From Octopus vulgaris (Eukaryota), in contig OX597815.1 of NCBI GenBank assembly GCA_951406725.2, forward strand, positions 6,944,001 to 7,008,000: a stretch of DNA of 64,000 nt. The letters run 5' to 3'. Below, in pieces: positions 1-50,558 of this stretch. The notes below the pieces were generated by a model. The model ran no database searches and was not told where the DNA came from. It worked only from the letters and a program-made list of their open reading frames with translations. Numbering within the stretch: the stretch's first letter is position 1; each line of letters begins with the position of its first letter. The translations under genes and the position numbers were made by a program.

Positions 1-344
1 TGTTGAGGGTGGTATGCATGGGCGACTGTTGGTCTTCCATAAACAACCTTGCCCGGACTTGTGCCTCAGAGGGTAATTTTCTAGGTGCAATCCCATGGTC
101 ATTCGTGACCGAAGGGGGTCTCAGATATACAGGCACAAACAGAATATCTTAAATACAGTATTTTGAGACACGGAGGTTAAGTGTATATTTTTATATGAGA
201 GAAATGAGGGAAGGCTAAATGGGGAACTACACTGAGCTGGGTGTGTAAATCAGTAGTTCTTGAACAGGGTTCATATGGTAGTCCATTTAACCCTTGGTCT
301 ATATGACTCTTGGGGGTACATATAAGATTTTGTTAAAGCTTATA

Positions 345-895
345 CTCTCTCTTTTACTCGCTTACTTGTTTCAGTCATGTGACTGTGGCCATGCTGGAGC
401 ACTGCCTTTAGCAAATCGACCCCAGGACTTATTCTTTGTAAGCCTAGTACTTATTCTTTCGGTCCCTTTTGCCAAACTGCTAAGTTACAGGAACGTAAAC
501 ACACCAACATCAGTTGTCAAGCAATGTTGGGGGCACAAGCACAGACATATAAACATATACACACACATACATATATATATATATATGTATATGTAATGGC
601 CCAGCGGTTAGGGCAGCGGACTCACGGTCGGAGGATCGAGGTTTCGATTCCCAGACCGGGCGTTGTGTGTGTTTATTGAGTGAATACACCTAAAGCTCCA
701 CGAGGCTCCGGCAGGGTAGGGTGTGGCGATCCCTGCTGTACTCTTTCACCGCAACTTTCTCTCACTCTTTCTTCTGTTGGCCTGCTTGCTTAGCCAGTGG
801 GGTGGGGTCATTTGAAGGCTAAAACAATGCGAAGCACATTGTGACCAGCGATGTGTAGCAACATCTGATAGCCTGGTCGGTCATGTGATCACGTG

Positions 896-926
<31 letters not shown>

Positions 927-1090
927 CGACAGGCTTCTTTCAGTTTCCGTCTACCAAATCCACTCACAAGGCATTGGTCGGCCCGAAGCTATTGTAGAAG
1001 ACACTTGCCCAAGGTGCCACACAGTGGGACTGAACCCGGAACCATGTGGTTGGTAAGCAAGCTACTTACCACACAGCCACTCCTGTGCCT
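345..1090 (-). mobile_element. tRNA-derived SINE family A with internal (TA)/(CA) microsatellite; a different SINE is nested at 596-895
   Basis: A-box TGGCTGTGTGG and B-box GGTTCAGTCCC head. Other copies at 6608-6960, 16853-17223, 19505-20030, 20096-20510, 24370-24785, 55250-55620, 55667-56060 and 62697-63960. Confidence 0.85.
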
Positions 1091-2509
1091 TATGAGCAAT
1101 AAATTAGTTAAACTTCTTCAATGCACAAAACAGTTCAACAATTTTTTTATTAAACTCCTTATAATACCTAATTATGAAAATATATCAGGTTTCTTAATCA
1201 TTGGGCGACATGCTGTGCTTGAGTAGACCTATTGAGTCAAGTAAATCAAAATCAAATGGAAATGGTAGTTGTGGCCTGACTGACTCCCATACTGGTGGTA
1301 CGCAATAAGCACCATTCATGCATGGGTCGTTGCAAGTGCTGCTTGACTGGCTCCCATGCTGGTGGTACGCAATAAGCACCATGCATGCGTGGGGGTCATT
1401 ACCAGTGCTGCCTGACTAGCTCCCCGTGCCAGTGGCACATAAAAAGCACCATCCAAATGTGGTTGATGCCAGCCCCTCCTCCCTGCCCTGACTGGTTCCT
1501 GTGCTAGTGGCACATAAAAAGCACCACCCAAACATGGTCGATGTCAGTGCCACCACCTGACTGGCTCCCATGCTGGTGGCATATAAAAAGCACCCTTTAC
1601 ACTCTCGGAGTCTTTGGCATTAGGAAGGGCCTCAAGCTGTAGAAACTTTGCCAGATCAGATTGAGCCTGGTGCAGCCTCGTGGTTTGCCAGTCCCTAGTC
1701 AAACCATCCAACCCATGCCAGCATGATGATGATGATGGGTCCATTTGAGTAAAAAAGAAACCAAAGGGATCCAAAGGCAAGAAATGGTTGAGAACCACTG
1801 ACATAAGGATACTGGTGGGATTAGAACCTCTACAATTGTTGTTTACACTCAGTGGGCCCCATTGTAGAAGGCCTATGATCAAAACTTCCAGCTGTGATCA
1901 CCTGTCATGTGGATATTGGAAAACTGAAAATTTCACAAGGACTTGTAGTTTTATACTATGTTGTTGTAATCCTTGCAGCAAGGTTTCTGGCCAATATGAA
2001 ACTCTATGCCCCTGTGAAGTATTGTAATAAGTGCCATCATATGTATGTATGTTCCCTTCTCTTTTTCCTCATCATCATTTAATGCCTGTTTTCCATACTG
2101 GTGGGGTAAGATGGTTTGACTTGAACTGGAAAGCCAGAGAGCTGAACCAGGCTCCAGTCTGGGCTTGGTTTCAACAGTTGGATGCCCTTCATAACACCAA
2201 CCACACCAAGAGTGTAGTGGGTTCCTCTTATGTGTCACCGAAACAGGTACCTATTTCTTTACTGCCCACAAGGGGCTAAACACAGAGAGGATAAACAAGG
2301 ACAGGCAAACGGATTAAGTCGATTACATTGACCCCAGTGCATAACTGGTACTTAATTTATCGACCCCGAAAGGATGAAAGGCAAAGTCGACCTCGGCGGA
2401 ATTTGAACTTAGAACGTAACGGCAGACAAAATACCGCTAAGCATTTCGCCTGGCGTGCTAATGATTCTGCCAGGTCGCCGCCTTCGCACAGGTACCATTC
2501 CTGTGTTAC

Positions 2510-3505
2510 CTTCACAGGTGCCTTTTACATGTCACTACCACCGTCCATGATTACGATTTCACTTGGTCTGACAAGTCTTCTCAAGCCCAGCAAATTGGAA
2601 AAGGTTTCAATCATTTTTCATTGCTTCTGTGAAACCCGACAACCTAAGATCATGTTTCACCACCTCATCTCATGTCTTCCTAAGTCTACCTCTTCCACAG
2701 TTAGGGACCAGCACTTTTTGACACAGCTGTCCTCAACCATATGCATCACATAATCTTACCAGAGTAGTCTTCTCTCTTGCACACATCTGATGCTTTTATG
2801 CCCAATTTTTCTCTCAAGACGCTTACACTGTTGTACATGCGCACATTGCATATCCACTGAAGCATACCAGCTTCATTTCTTTCAAGCTTATGCATGTTTT
2901 CTGCAGTCACAGTCCATGTTTCATTGCCATACAGCATAGCTGTTCGTACACAGGCATCATACAATCTGCCTTTCACTCTAAGGGAGAGGACCTCTGTTAC
3001 CAACAAAGGTAGAAGCTCTCTGAACTTTGCCCAGCTTATTCTTGCAGCTACACTCTTGGAGCATTCCCCTCCACTGCTGACTTGCTCACTTAGGTAATCG
3101 AAGCTATTAACTACTTCTAAGTATCCTCCTAGACAATTGAGGAACTCTATTTTCCTGTGTTTATTGTACCTCTACATCTTCCATACACGAAGACTATTTT
3201 ATCCGTTAACCTTCCTCTGATATTGCTGCACCCCTTATTCATCTATAGCTTGCACTGGGTACACCTTATCGAGTTTCTACCTACAGCTTTTCTACATACT
3301 GAGCAGGGTCATCACCCCAAAGGGATTTGGAATTTGTCCGCTTTCCTACTTACTAAGACTTTGGTCTTTGCTAAACTAACTCTAAGACCTTTTGATACCA
3401 GACCTTGCTTCTGCACCTGAAATTTCTTCACTGGTTCTGGTAGTGATTTAGCTACGAGAACAAGATCATCAGCACTGAGGAGCTCCCAGGGGTAGCCTGA
3501 CTGAA
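2510..3505 (-). mobile_element. RTE-clade LINE ORF2 remnant (RT and C-terminus)
   Basis: WELLSADDLVL, GLRVSLAKTK, CTQCKL..KGCSNI Cys motif, KGRLYDACVRTAMLYGNETW; stops and frameshifts. Confidence 0.85.
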
Positions 3506-4571
3506 ATGACATTTGTACATTACTGCATATGCTTTATACGCACTTTTGACAAGTTGTGGTGCACCTGAGCACTGTATACAATAATTTCATTATTATTATT
3601 ATTTTAAATACATGTGTGAATGAGTGCAGTGTGTGTGTGTGTGTGTGTTTCCTTGTTTTGACATCAAGTGATAGTTGTAAATGATAAATGAGTATATGAG
3701 TGTCATACAAGTATTGTTTTTCGTTTCCAATGTTCTGCAAAAACATGTCTGGCCATGGGGGAATATTACCTTGCCTAGAAATAGTGAGTGTGGGTGACAG
3801 CATGGTCATCAAACAGTAGAAAATCTCTCTTAATAAACTTAATGTTATGTCATGTAAGCAGGGAAAAGCAGACATTCTTTTCTACTCTAGGTATAAGGCC
3901 TGAAATTTTGGGGGAGGAGGGGGCAGTCGATTGACCCCTGTACACAACTGGTACTTAATTCATCGACCCTGAAAGGATGAAAGGCAAAGTCGACCTCGGT
4001 GGAATTTGAACTCAGAACGTAGCAGCAGACTAAATACCTGTTTCTTTATTACCCACAAGGGGCTAAACATAGATGGGACAAACGGATTAAGTCGATTACA
4101 TCGACCCCAGTGCATAACTGGTACTTAATTTATCGACCCTGAAAGGATGAAAGGCAAAGTCAACCTCAGCGGAATTTGAACTCAGAATGTAATGGCAGAT
4201 GAAATACCGCTAAGCATTTCACCCGGCATGCTAACGATTCTGCTAGCTTGCCACCTTTAAAATTAGGGATAAGCACATATTAAAACAATGATGATGATAT
4301 GTAGACACACATGAACAGAAGCCTCGTAAACATCCTCTGATGGTTAAATGCTGTTTGTCTTTCATCACGATTGAAGCTTGTAATGTTCAGTAGGATATGT
4401 GAGAGGTAAAATATTAGGATGTCCAATTGCATGAAATAAAGTCAGAGGGGGACGGGATAAACTACCTGTATCAACTTGCTATAAAAACAGGTGGTAATTT
4501 TACTTTGTGCTTATTCTTAGTGCAAGTTTTGAAGAGTGTAATTCGATTTTAACAGTTATTTTTTCAAAGCT

Positions 4572-4943
4572 ATAACGGAAGTGACAAAGGAGCATATTTT
4601 GCTTTATGAGTTCAATAAAGGCAACAATGCAATGGAAAGTGAGAGGAATATTAATGCAGTATATGGGGATCGGACAATAAGTGTAAGCCAGTGTCAATGG
4701 TGGTTCCAGAAATTACGAATCGGAAACTACAGCCTAGAAGATGAGTCTTATCCTGGAAGATCTGTAGAGCTCGATGAGGACGTCCTGCAATCCCTGGTAG
4801 AAGAAAAATCCCATCGTAACTGTTGAGGAACTAGCAGAGAAGCTTGGATTTAGTCATTCAGCCATTCATCGACACCTGTGTGCCATTGGAAAAGTCAGCA
4901 AATTGGGTCAATGGAATCCTCACAAACTTTCTGAGTCTAATTG
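4572..4943 (+). pseudogene. Mariner transposase N-terminal fragment (HTH and WVPHEL-like linker), frameshifted
   Basis: LLYEFNKGNNA..NINAVYG..WFQK..SLEDE..PGR, then after a frameshift VEELAEKLGFSHSAIHRHL..IGKVSKLGQWNPHKLSE. A mariner-type TIR fragment TA-TTGGGTTGGTGCATAATTACTGCG lies at 5297-5322. Confidence 0.85.
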
Positions 4944-7740
4944 CAAGACAAGGTTCCTCAACTGATTTGGTGAGCAGTATTGAGGGAAGTTGCTTTTTAC
5001 CTGGTAACGAGAAGTTAAAGTACGATAAATGAACAGGAACAGGTGTCTTGCTGCAGGGGAGACACACCATTAACCTAATTGCAAAAGAGAGATGTGTTAC
5101 AGGCAGGTGAATATAAGTGAAGTGAGACGGAGGATTGAAAAGGGTGAGTTTTACTTGTTTGATTATGTATGTAACTAACTTGGACCGTTGCAAGATATTT
5201 TCAGCATTTCAACAGCTACGCTTGACGGAGATGTTGCTTCTCTCAATTTCATACTTTTAATGGCATTTTGGTGATGCCACTGTCCATTTCAATAACTATT
5301 GGGTTGGTGCATAATTACTGCGTCACCTTACTAGCACTTGTGCTAGTGGCACGTGAAACATTCGAGCGAGGTCGTCGCCAGTGCTGCTGGACTGGCTCCT
5401 GTGCAGGTGGCATGTAAAAAGCACCATTTGGGCATGGCGTTGCCAGTACCACCAAACTGGCCCTCATGCCAGTGGCACGTAAAAGCACCCACTACACTCT
5501 CGGAGCGGTTGGCGTTAGGAAGGGCATCCTACTGTAGGAACCTTGCCTGATCAGATTGGAGCCTGGTTCACCAGACCTCAGTCAAATCGTCCAACCCATG
5601 CTAGCATGGAAAGCGGACGTTAAATGGTTAAATGATGATGCTCATCCGAAAGTCCTATAGCACCACCATGTTATCTTATGTTTCACTGCTCCAGCCATGA
5701 CAATGGTCTCTAGCTTTCAACAGATTGTATTGTGAAAACTCCCTGTTGTCCTCTGTGGCCCTGGGTTATCTATCTCCATCTTCTCCTGATGCACATATAA
5801 AAAAAAATTGATAATAATCAAAAACATGTCTTCTAGAGAAGGAGAGTGTGGTAGGGCATCAAGCTGTAGAAACATTGCCAGATTGGATCGGAGTCTGGTG
5901 CAGCCTTCTGGTTTGCCAGTCCTCAGTCAAACCATCCAACTCATGCCAGCATGGAAAGCGGATGATGACGAAGTATTTATTAGAAGAATGTTAGGATGTC
6001 TCACTTACCACACTCTCCTTCTGTAGAATTTCTTTTGCATTTCAATGTTTAATTGCCCTCATTGCCAGTACCGCCTGACTGGCCCCCGTGCCGGTGGCAC
6101 GTAAAAAGCACCCACTACACTCTTGGAGTGGTTGGCATTAGGAAGGTCATCCAGCTGTAGAAACTCTGCCAAATCAAGATTGGAGCCTGGTGCAGTCATC
6201 TGGTTCACCAGCCCTTAGTCAAAATCGTCCAACCCATGCTAGCATGGAAAGCGGACGTTAAACGATGATGAATTCTATTTCTGAAGCCATTCCCCAATAA
6301 CTAATGTTGAGGGGTATATTCTGCACTGGGGAAGGAGGTAGCATTTACAGCCTTCCAGTCATGCCATTTCCTGCTGAGAATGAAATCTTTGTGGCTCTGT
6401 TTGAAAGGTGAATTAAATGGCCGACTGCTTTCTTTAGGTTTGTGTTGCAGTTGTAGGCTGTTAGTTCATTTACATCACAGAACTCTATGAGACTTGATTC
6501 CAACTCATTCCCACAATCATAACCATAGCCACCATGTATTCTGCAGCAGCCACTGTAGTGCTGCTACGTAACATGCATATTGAGAATTCAAGAAAATAAT
6601 GTAACCATAGGCACAGTGGCTGTGTGGTAAGAAGCTTGCTTCACAACCACATGGTTCCTGGTTCAGTCCCACTGCATGGCATCTTGGGCAAGTGCCTTCT
6701 ATTATAGCCTCAGACTAACCAAAGTCTTGTGAGTGGATATATGTATATGTGTGTATTTGTGTGTCTCTGTTTGTCACCGCACCATCGCTTGACAGCCGAT
6801 GTTGGTGTGTTTATGTCCCCGTCATTTAGCAGTTTGGCAAAAGAGACCGATAGAATAAGTACCAGGCTTACAAAGAATAAGTTCTGGTGTCGATTAGTTT
6901 GACTAAAGGCTGTGCTCCAGCATGGCCACATTCAAATGACTGAAATGAATAAAAGAATATCATTTATAATTAGCCCTCCTGTAGAGGGCAAATTGCATCT
7001 GTGGCCCAAAACTAAAGAGAGCTAAATAGCATGACTGTAATACATCTATAACGACCTATACACCCTGGTGATGTTTGGCGAGAGGTTAAGGATGGATGAG
7101 AATTAATTCTGTAATGCAATCATTCTATTGTTCTAGTCCCAAGTTGAATTCTAACTGTTGGCCAATTTGTCCCAAAGTTCTTATCTTGATGTAAAATTAA
7201 CGAAGCAAATATCATTTATCTCCCTCTTGATTTCTGACATCATCTGACAAACACCAACCAAGACGGCACGAATCAGCCACACTTTACCTGCAAGAAACAG
7301 CAATCCAAATTCTTTTAAATCAGATCTCAATGCTGGATGTTCAAGATCCAAATGAAGGGCAGATTTTCAATCCAGGGGTTATCCTGATTCCAAAAAGGTA
7401 TAATATGTCAATACAGAACAAATGTTGACTGAGATAGAGTGGTCCCAGACAGACAGAATTTCACTTTTATGGTTATAGATTGAAAGCTTGTGGCTGAGTG
7501 GCTATGGTATTGCACCCAAGATCTTGCAATCATGGTTTCGATTCTCAGACCAGGTAGTGCATTGTATTCTTGAGTTACACATTTCATGTTCACTCCAGGT
7601 GTAAATGAGTAACCCTGGCATCCTGTCCAGGGGTTAATGTTGTGGCTTCAGTCACTTGTATGCCCAGGAAACTAAGTAACTGGCCCAAAGGGTTCTAGGG
7701 TTAAAGACATCAACATCCAAGAGTTGGTGATGATTTATCA

Positions 7741-8220
7741 TTAACCCTTTCGTTACTGCATTTATTTTGAGATGCTCTGGGTTTCTTTCAATTATTTTAA
7801 ATATGACAAAGAATTTAGTGAAATAACTTAGTTATCATTCAGCTAGTGCTAAGAACATAAATTGTGACCAAGGTTTGGTGGAAGATTTTAATTCAAAACT
7901 TATGAAAACAAGACATTAGTACTACAGAGCCAGAGGTGGTTTCAACCAGGTTGATATCAAAAGGGTTAAGAATTGTTTCTCTTTTATATATTTTAACTCT
8001 TTCGTTACTGTATTTATTTTGAGATGCTCTATATTTCTTCTAATTATTTTAAATATAACAAAGAATTTAGTAAAATAACATCGTTATCATTAAGCTAGTG
8101 TTAAGAACATAAATTGTGACTAAGGTTTGGTGGAAGATTTGAATTCAAAACTTATGAAAACAAGATATTTATACTAAAGAGCAAGAGCCGGTTTCAGCCG
8201 GGTTGGAGCAAAAAGGTTAA
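7741..8220. mobile_element. Two adjacent TTAA-flanked MITEs of the same family as the 44-47 kb array
   Basis: TTAACCCTTTCG...AAAAGGGTTAA at 7741-7969 and 7993-8220, in reverse orientation to the array. Confidence 0.85.
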
Positions 8221-8436
8221 GGTGGCTCATCAAAGGGCCTTACTCTGGCTAATAAACTATCAGAATAACCTCATCTACTACTGATTAGGCTTACCATTGT
8301 TTTCAGCTTTAAAACTGACCAATATGATGCAGGGCTTGAAGAGCTATAACATGAGGATTATGTAATGAGGGAGAGCAAGCCTCCTGTATGCAGTATTCAG
8401 GGGTCTGGAGGATATTTCATTGCAATTATATTAATA

Positions 8437-8832
8437 TTAGCAGTATCGCCCGGCGTTGCTCGAGTTTGTTTCGACCCTTTAGAATTGGAATTTTTGAAAA
8501 GTAAAAATTTTGCATTATGTAGCTTGTTATTCTCTTTAAGTGAACATTTTTCTGGTTGGAATACACCGAAGAATGGCGACACAGCAGTCAAAACATCGTA
8601 AAAAAGAAAGGGGGGTTTTCATAGAAAAAAAGCACCTTTTTGATGTAAATAATTTTTGGTGTTAACATGGTCCGATTTGAATTTTATCTTCTACGGAAGG
8701 AAGAGCAAGCCTTTTTCTATCATACTCTCAATTTTGGTCAACTTGCGCCGCAGGGTGTCGGAGGAGATAGTGTTAGTTGAAGGCTACCAAACCTGCCATA
8801 CACAGACAACTTCGTCTTTATATAGAGAGAGA
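8437..8832 (-). mobile_element. Non-autonomous Helitron with termini related to the 36.7-kb family and a different interior
   Basis: Minus strand TCTCTCTATATAAAGACGAAGTTGT...CTCGAGCAACGCCGGGCGATACTGCTAA-T. Confidence 0.75.
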
Positions 8833-10024
8833 TAACTGCTGGTGTCATGCAAAAAAGTACCTGTGCTGGTGTCACATGAAAAGCACACAGTACACTCTGT
8901 AAAGTGGTTGGTGTTAGGAAGGGCATCCAGCCATAGAAACCGTGCCAAAAGAGACAAATGGAGCCTGATGCAGCTCTCTGGTTTGCCAGCTCTAGTCAAA
9001 CCAGATGTTAAATGAAGACGATGATGATAGCTGCATCATCATCATCATCGTTTAACATCTGCTTTCCATGCTAGCAAGGGCTGGACAATTTGACTGAGGT
9101 TTGGCGAACCAGACTCCAATCTGATCTGGCAGCGTTTCTACAGCTGGATGCCCTTCCTTATGCCAACCACTCCGAGAGTGTAGTGAGTGCGTTTACGTGC
9201 CAGTTTGGTGGTACTGGCAACGGCCATGCTCAAATGGTGCTTTTTATGTGCCACCTGCACAGGAGCCAGTCCAGTGGCACTGGCAACGACTTCGCTCAAT
9301 TTTTTTTTTTTTTCGTGTGCCACCCGCACAGGTGCTAGTAAGGCGACACAGATAACGATCATGCTCGAATGGTGTGTTCAACCAGCCATCGGCACGAAGG
9401 CCAGCTTGTTGCTCTGGCAACGATCTCACTCGTATGGTATGTTTTCTTAACTAGAGGAAGTTCCTGGCAAATGCTGTAGTGATACATGTGATCTGATACG
9501 AATGTATGATTTTTTATCAATTACAGAAACAAGGAATAGAAACAGATGTACAAAGCAGGTACACTTTGCTTGACAGTACAAGCAGGTAAAATATTGTCAA
9601 GGAGAACAGGAATGTTTGAAGATAAATTAAACTAAACACATGTTTTATTGTCAAGTAATATTTTATTTTATCATCCACACTTTCATATTTTTCACTTGAA
9701 ATTATTTTTCAAAGTAATTCAATGTCATATTTGATTTTGTCAAGAAAATTCTGAAAATCTTAATGGAATATTAATCACCAGAAGGTGCCTAAAAGTATCT
9801 TCTGCCATATTGCTCTTCTCTTCCAACCACGTTATTACAGTAAATAATTCTTTAACTGGTGCAGAAGTACCAAAGTGACAAAGAGTGTATTCTTTTACAG
9901 TACTACTAAGAACTTTTTACTAACGTGGGTCTTTTTTAGCAATGAGTATTAAAAAAACAAAAACTTTACATTTTCCGTCATAGTTAAAATCCTGTGAATC
10001 CTAAACTTCTGTCTGAGAAGCCCA

Positions 10025-10320
10025 AAAGCTTTTTACAATTAATGACCTCATTGAATAATTACTGTGTTTGATGGTGTATACACACTTTCCCCACAAAATA
10101 TCTCTAAAGGTCACCCCAGATCCTGTATGCAAAGTTGGGCCTTATGGTGCATGTTTTAATGTACTAAAAGCTTTTTGCAGTTAACGACCTCATTGAATAA
10201 TTACTGTGTTTGCTGGTGTATATAAGACACACACTTTCCCCCCAAAATATCTCTAAAAGATCACTCCAGATCCTGTATGCAAATTTGGGCCTTATAGGGC
10301 ATGTTTTAATGCACTAAAAG
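10025..10320. repeat. Local tandem duplication of about 145 bp
   Basis: aaaagcttttt..gacctcattgaataattactgtgtttg..cagatcctgtatgcaaa..gggccttat occurs twice in tandem. Confidence 0.85.
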
Positions 10321-11229
10321 CATTTGTTCCTGTATATGCATTGCAGAAATGGGGATGCCTCTGATATGTCCGTGTGTCTTTTATGTCATCAAATAATCAA
10401 TGTTTGTTACTTGTTTCCCAAACTTTTGGTTGGTCTTAATTACTGACTAATCAACACTGGGTCAATGTGTATCCTTTTCTACTCTAGGCACAAGGCCTGA
10501 AAATTTTTGGGGAGGGGGCCAGTTGATTAGATCGTAGAGGGTAGTGGGTGCTTTTACATGCCACCGGCATGAGGGCCAGTCAGGCAGTACTGGCAACGGC
10601 CACGCTCAAATGGTGCTTTTTATGTGCCACCTGCACAGGATCCAGTCCAGCGGCACTGGCAACAACCTCGCTCGAATGTTTTTTCACGTGCCCCCAGCAC
10701 AAGTGCCAGTAAGGTGATATGGGTAACAATCACGCTTGAAAGGTGCTTTTTACATGCCACCGGCACAAGTTCCCCTCCTCAAATACCTTGCCCCTCTCAT
10801 TGTCATCATTTATATATATATTTGTCTGTTACAGTACCGCCTGACTGGCCCCTGTGGCACATAAAAGCACCCACTACACTCTCAGGGTGGTTGGCATTAG
10901 GAAGGGCATCCAGCTGTAGAAACTTTGTCAGATCAAGATTGGGGCCTGGTGCAGCCATCTGGTTCGCCAGCCCTTAGACAAATCGTCCAACCCATGCTAG
11001 CATGGAAAGCGGACGTTAAACGATGATGATGATGATTCTAACCTTTCATCATTTGATACTGGATCACCTCCTCTAATGCCCTCTCTGCTGTGGAAAGACA
11101 CCTGCTTCTGTCTTTTTGCCTCTTTGTCACACTCTAACCTTTCATCCTCTGACACAAGTTCCCCTTCTCAAATGCCTTGCCTCTCTCATAATTCCTTGTC
11201 TTGTGGGTTACTTGGTTATCCTGCCAGTG

Positions 11230-12058
11230 CTGGTATTACATTAAAAGCATCCAGTCCACGCTGGCAGTTGATGGAGTCTGTTTTCTCTACATTTTCAGCG
11301 TTTACTGTAAATGTGCATCTTACACATACAATAGCTTGTTTCCCTGTTAACCTTCCTTTGATGTTGCTGCACCTTTTATGTGTCCAAAACTTACACTGGG
11401 TGCATTTTATGGAGTTTCTACCTAAACCTTTTCTCCAGATTGAGCAGGGCCATCTACCTGAAAGGATTTGAGATTTGTCTGCCTTCCTACTTACTAAGAC
11501 TTTGGGCTTTGCTAGGTTAACTCTAAAGCTATTCAATTCTAGACCTTGCTTCCACACATGAAACAGGGGAAGCCTGTCTTGAATTCTTCTGTTATTGCCT
11601 GGAGGACTATACTGAATAAGAGGGGGATGAGGACTGATCCTTGGTGAACCCCTACTTCTACTCAGAATTCTTCACTATACTCGTTGCCCACACTCACCTT
11701 ATTGGTATTGTCCCTGTACAAGGCTTGTACAGCTCTCACCAACCACTCACCTATCCCTAGTTTTCACATTGACCACCAGATAAGGCACTGGGTGACCCTG
11801 TCAAAGGCTTCTCCATGCCAACAAAAGCCAAGGACAGAGGTTTATCCTTGGCTAGGTATTTCTCCTGCAGTTGCCGTGCCAGAAATATAGCATCAGTGGT
11901 GCTTTCCCTGGAACAAACCCAAACTGCATCTCATTTAGACTAACTCTCTCCCTAATTAGTTGGCTATGACTCTCTCCATAACTTTCATCACCTGATCCAG
12001 CAATTTGATACCTCTGTAATTATTTCTATCTAAAGCATCACCTTTACCTTTGTTGCAG
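11230..12058 (-). mobile_element. RTE-clade LINE ORF2 remnant
   Basis: NKGKGDALDRNNYRGIKLLDQVMKVMERVI, QFGFVPG, GVHQGSVL, FRVNLAKPKVLVSRK, CTQCKFWTHKRCSNI. Confidence 0.85.
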
Positions 12059-12169
12059 ACAATTTCTTGACAGTAAAAACTGATAACACTACCTAATACA
12101 CATTTGTACATTATGTGTGTGTGTGTGCAGATGGATGAATGGATGGATGGTTGGATGGATGCATGCATA

Positions 12170-13170
12170 TCTGTGAAATTCCAGGTGGAGAAGAAAAACC
12201 TGGAATCAAAAGGCCTTAAAGTTAAATTAGTAAAGACGAAAGTATTAATTAGCAAGAAAAGAGACAGGATACTAATCTCTTCAGGAAAAAGACCCGTTCA
12301 ATATACAGAATTGGCAGAAATTGAACAAGTTGTACTCAGTGCAAACTATGGATACATAAGAGGTGCAGTGGAATCAGAGGAAGTTTAACAGAAAGTAGAT
12401 TTGGTTTGTGGAAGGTGCATCATCGTTTAATGACCGTTTTCCATGCTAGCACGGGTTGGACAGTTCGACCGGGGTCTGGGAAGCCAGAAGGCTGCACCAG
12501 GCCCAGTCTGATCTGGCAATGTTTCTACAGCTGGATGCCCTTCCTAATACCAACCACTCCATGAGTGTAGTGGGTGCTTTTTACGTGCCACCAGCACAGG
12601 TGCCAGGGGTGGCTGGTAGCGGCCGTGATCGGTTGGTGCTTTTTACGTGCCACCAGCACAGAAGCCAGTCAAGGTGGTGCTGGCATCAGACACGTTCAGA
12701 TGGTGCTTTTTACGTGCCACTGGCACAGGTATCACAACTACAATTTCCATTTGATAATAAACACTAAAAGCCCAGGTGGATCATTAAAGGCAGTAGGTGA
12801 TGATGATAGTTTCTATGATATAGGTGATCTTATTAACAATGGAGGGTGATGTACTGAAAGTATAGTTATTAGAACTGGCTGGAGAAAGTTCGAGAGCTAT
12901 TGTCTCTGTTGACAACAAAAAGCTTCTTTCTCAGAGTGAAGGGCAGATTGTATGATGCGTGAGTACATACAGCTATGCCACATGGTTGTGAAACTTGAAC
13001 TGTGAATGCAGAGGACATGCAAAGACTAAAAAGAAATGATGTAATTCATCAGTGTGCATGTAGGAAAAAGTACAAATGTGATGAGGAAAATTTGGCACAA
13101 ATGGCATCAGACGTGGTGTGCAGGAGAGAAGATGGTGCTGGTATGGTCATGAGATGCAGATGGATGAGGA
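12170..13170 (+). mobile_element. RTE-clade LINE remnant, opposite orientation, interrupted by an RTE 3'-UTR copy (12419-12750)
   Basis: NLESKGLKVKLVKTKVL and RVKGRLYDA..TAM.HGCET segments. Confidence 0.75.
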
Positions 13171-13171
13171 A

Positions 13172-13360
13172 TTCTAAAGATGTTTTGGTAAATTATGGGA
13201 AGTGCATTTGCACGATTTTCCCTAAGAAAAAAAACTCGGATTTTTTTGCAGCACATTAGGAGGTCAGGGTACTTGATTCCACGCAAAAGATCCGAGTTTT
13301 TTTTTTTCTTAGTGAAAATCTTGCGGGTGTACTTCCCATAATTTACCGATGTTTTTAGAA
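13172..13360. mobile_element. Palindromic MITE upstream of the promoter
   Basis: Imperfect inverted arms of about 75 bp (GGTAAATTATGGGAAGT../..ACTTCCCATAATTTACC; CTAAGAAAAAAAACTCGGA/TCCGAGTTTTTTTTTTTCTTAG). Confidence 0.75.
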
Positions 13361-13849
13361 TTTTTGTCTTAATAGCGGTAAATTAGAAGAATCGTTGGAA
13401 CGTCTGAGAAATCTAACCGTATTTAGTTACTCCCCTTTATATTCTGGGTAAAAGCTGATGTCAAGTTTGGTTTTTTCACCCTTCTCAAGCCGATAAAATA
13501 AAGTACTGGACAAATATTGGAGCTCAATTAACTCGATCATCTTCCCAAATTTGATATCCTGAATAGGAGCTCGGCGAAAAGTTGCTAAGGCGAGACAAGA
13601 CTGCATTAGAACTCCGGGGAAGTGGGAACTTCTCATAATTCAAGAGGTCGTAAGTTGATTTCCTTAGGGAAGGAATCACTAGTCACAAGCCCCATATTGG
13701 GGCCTCATTACCAATGTACAGGCCAAACATCACTCTTATTTGAGCAGGATCTGTGCGTATGTTAGGCGACGATAGGCTGGTGGGTGTTCACACACGCTTC
13801 GTCATATTGTATAAATATGTAAATGAAAATAATGTTTTAAAATCACAGA

Positions 13850-50558
<36,709 letters not shown>

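Noticed and set aside
9527-9558. Possible plus-strand micro-exon (KQGIETDVQS) of an upstream gene
   Set aside because: AG/GT boundaries only, with no supporting neighbouring exons or homology.
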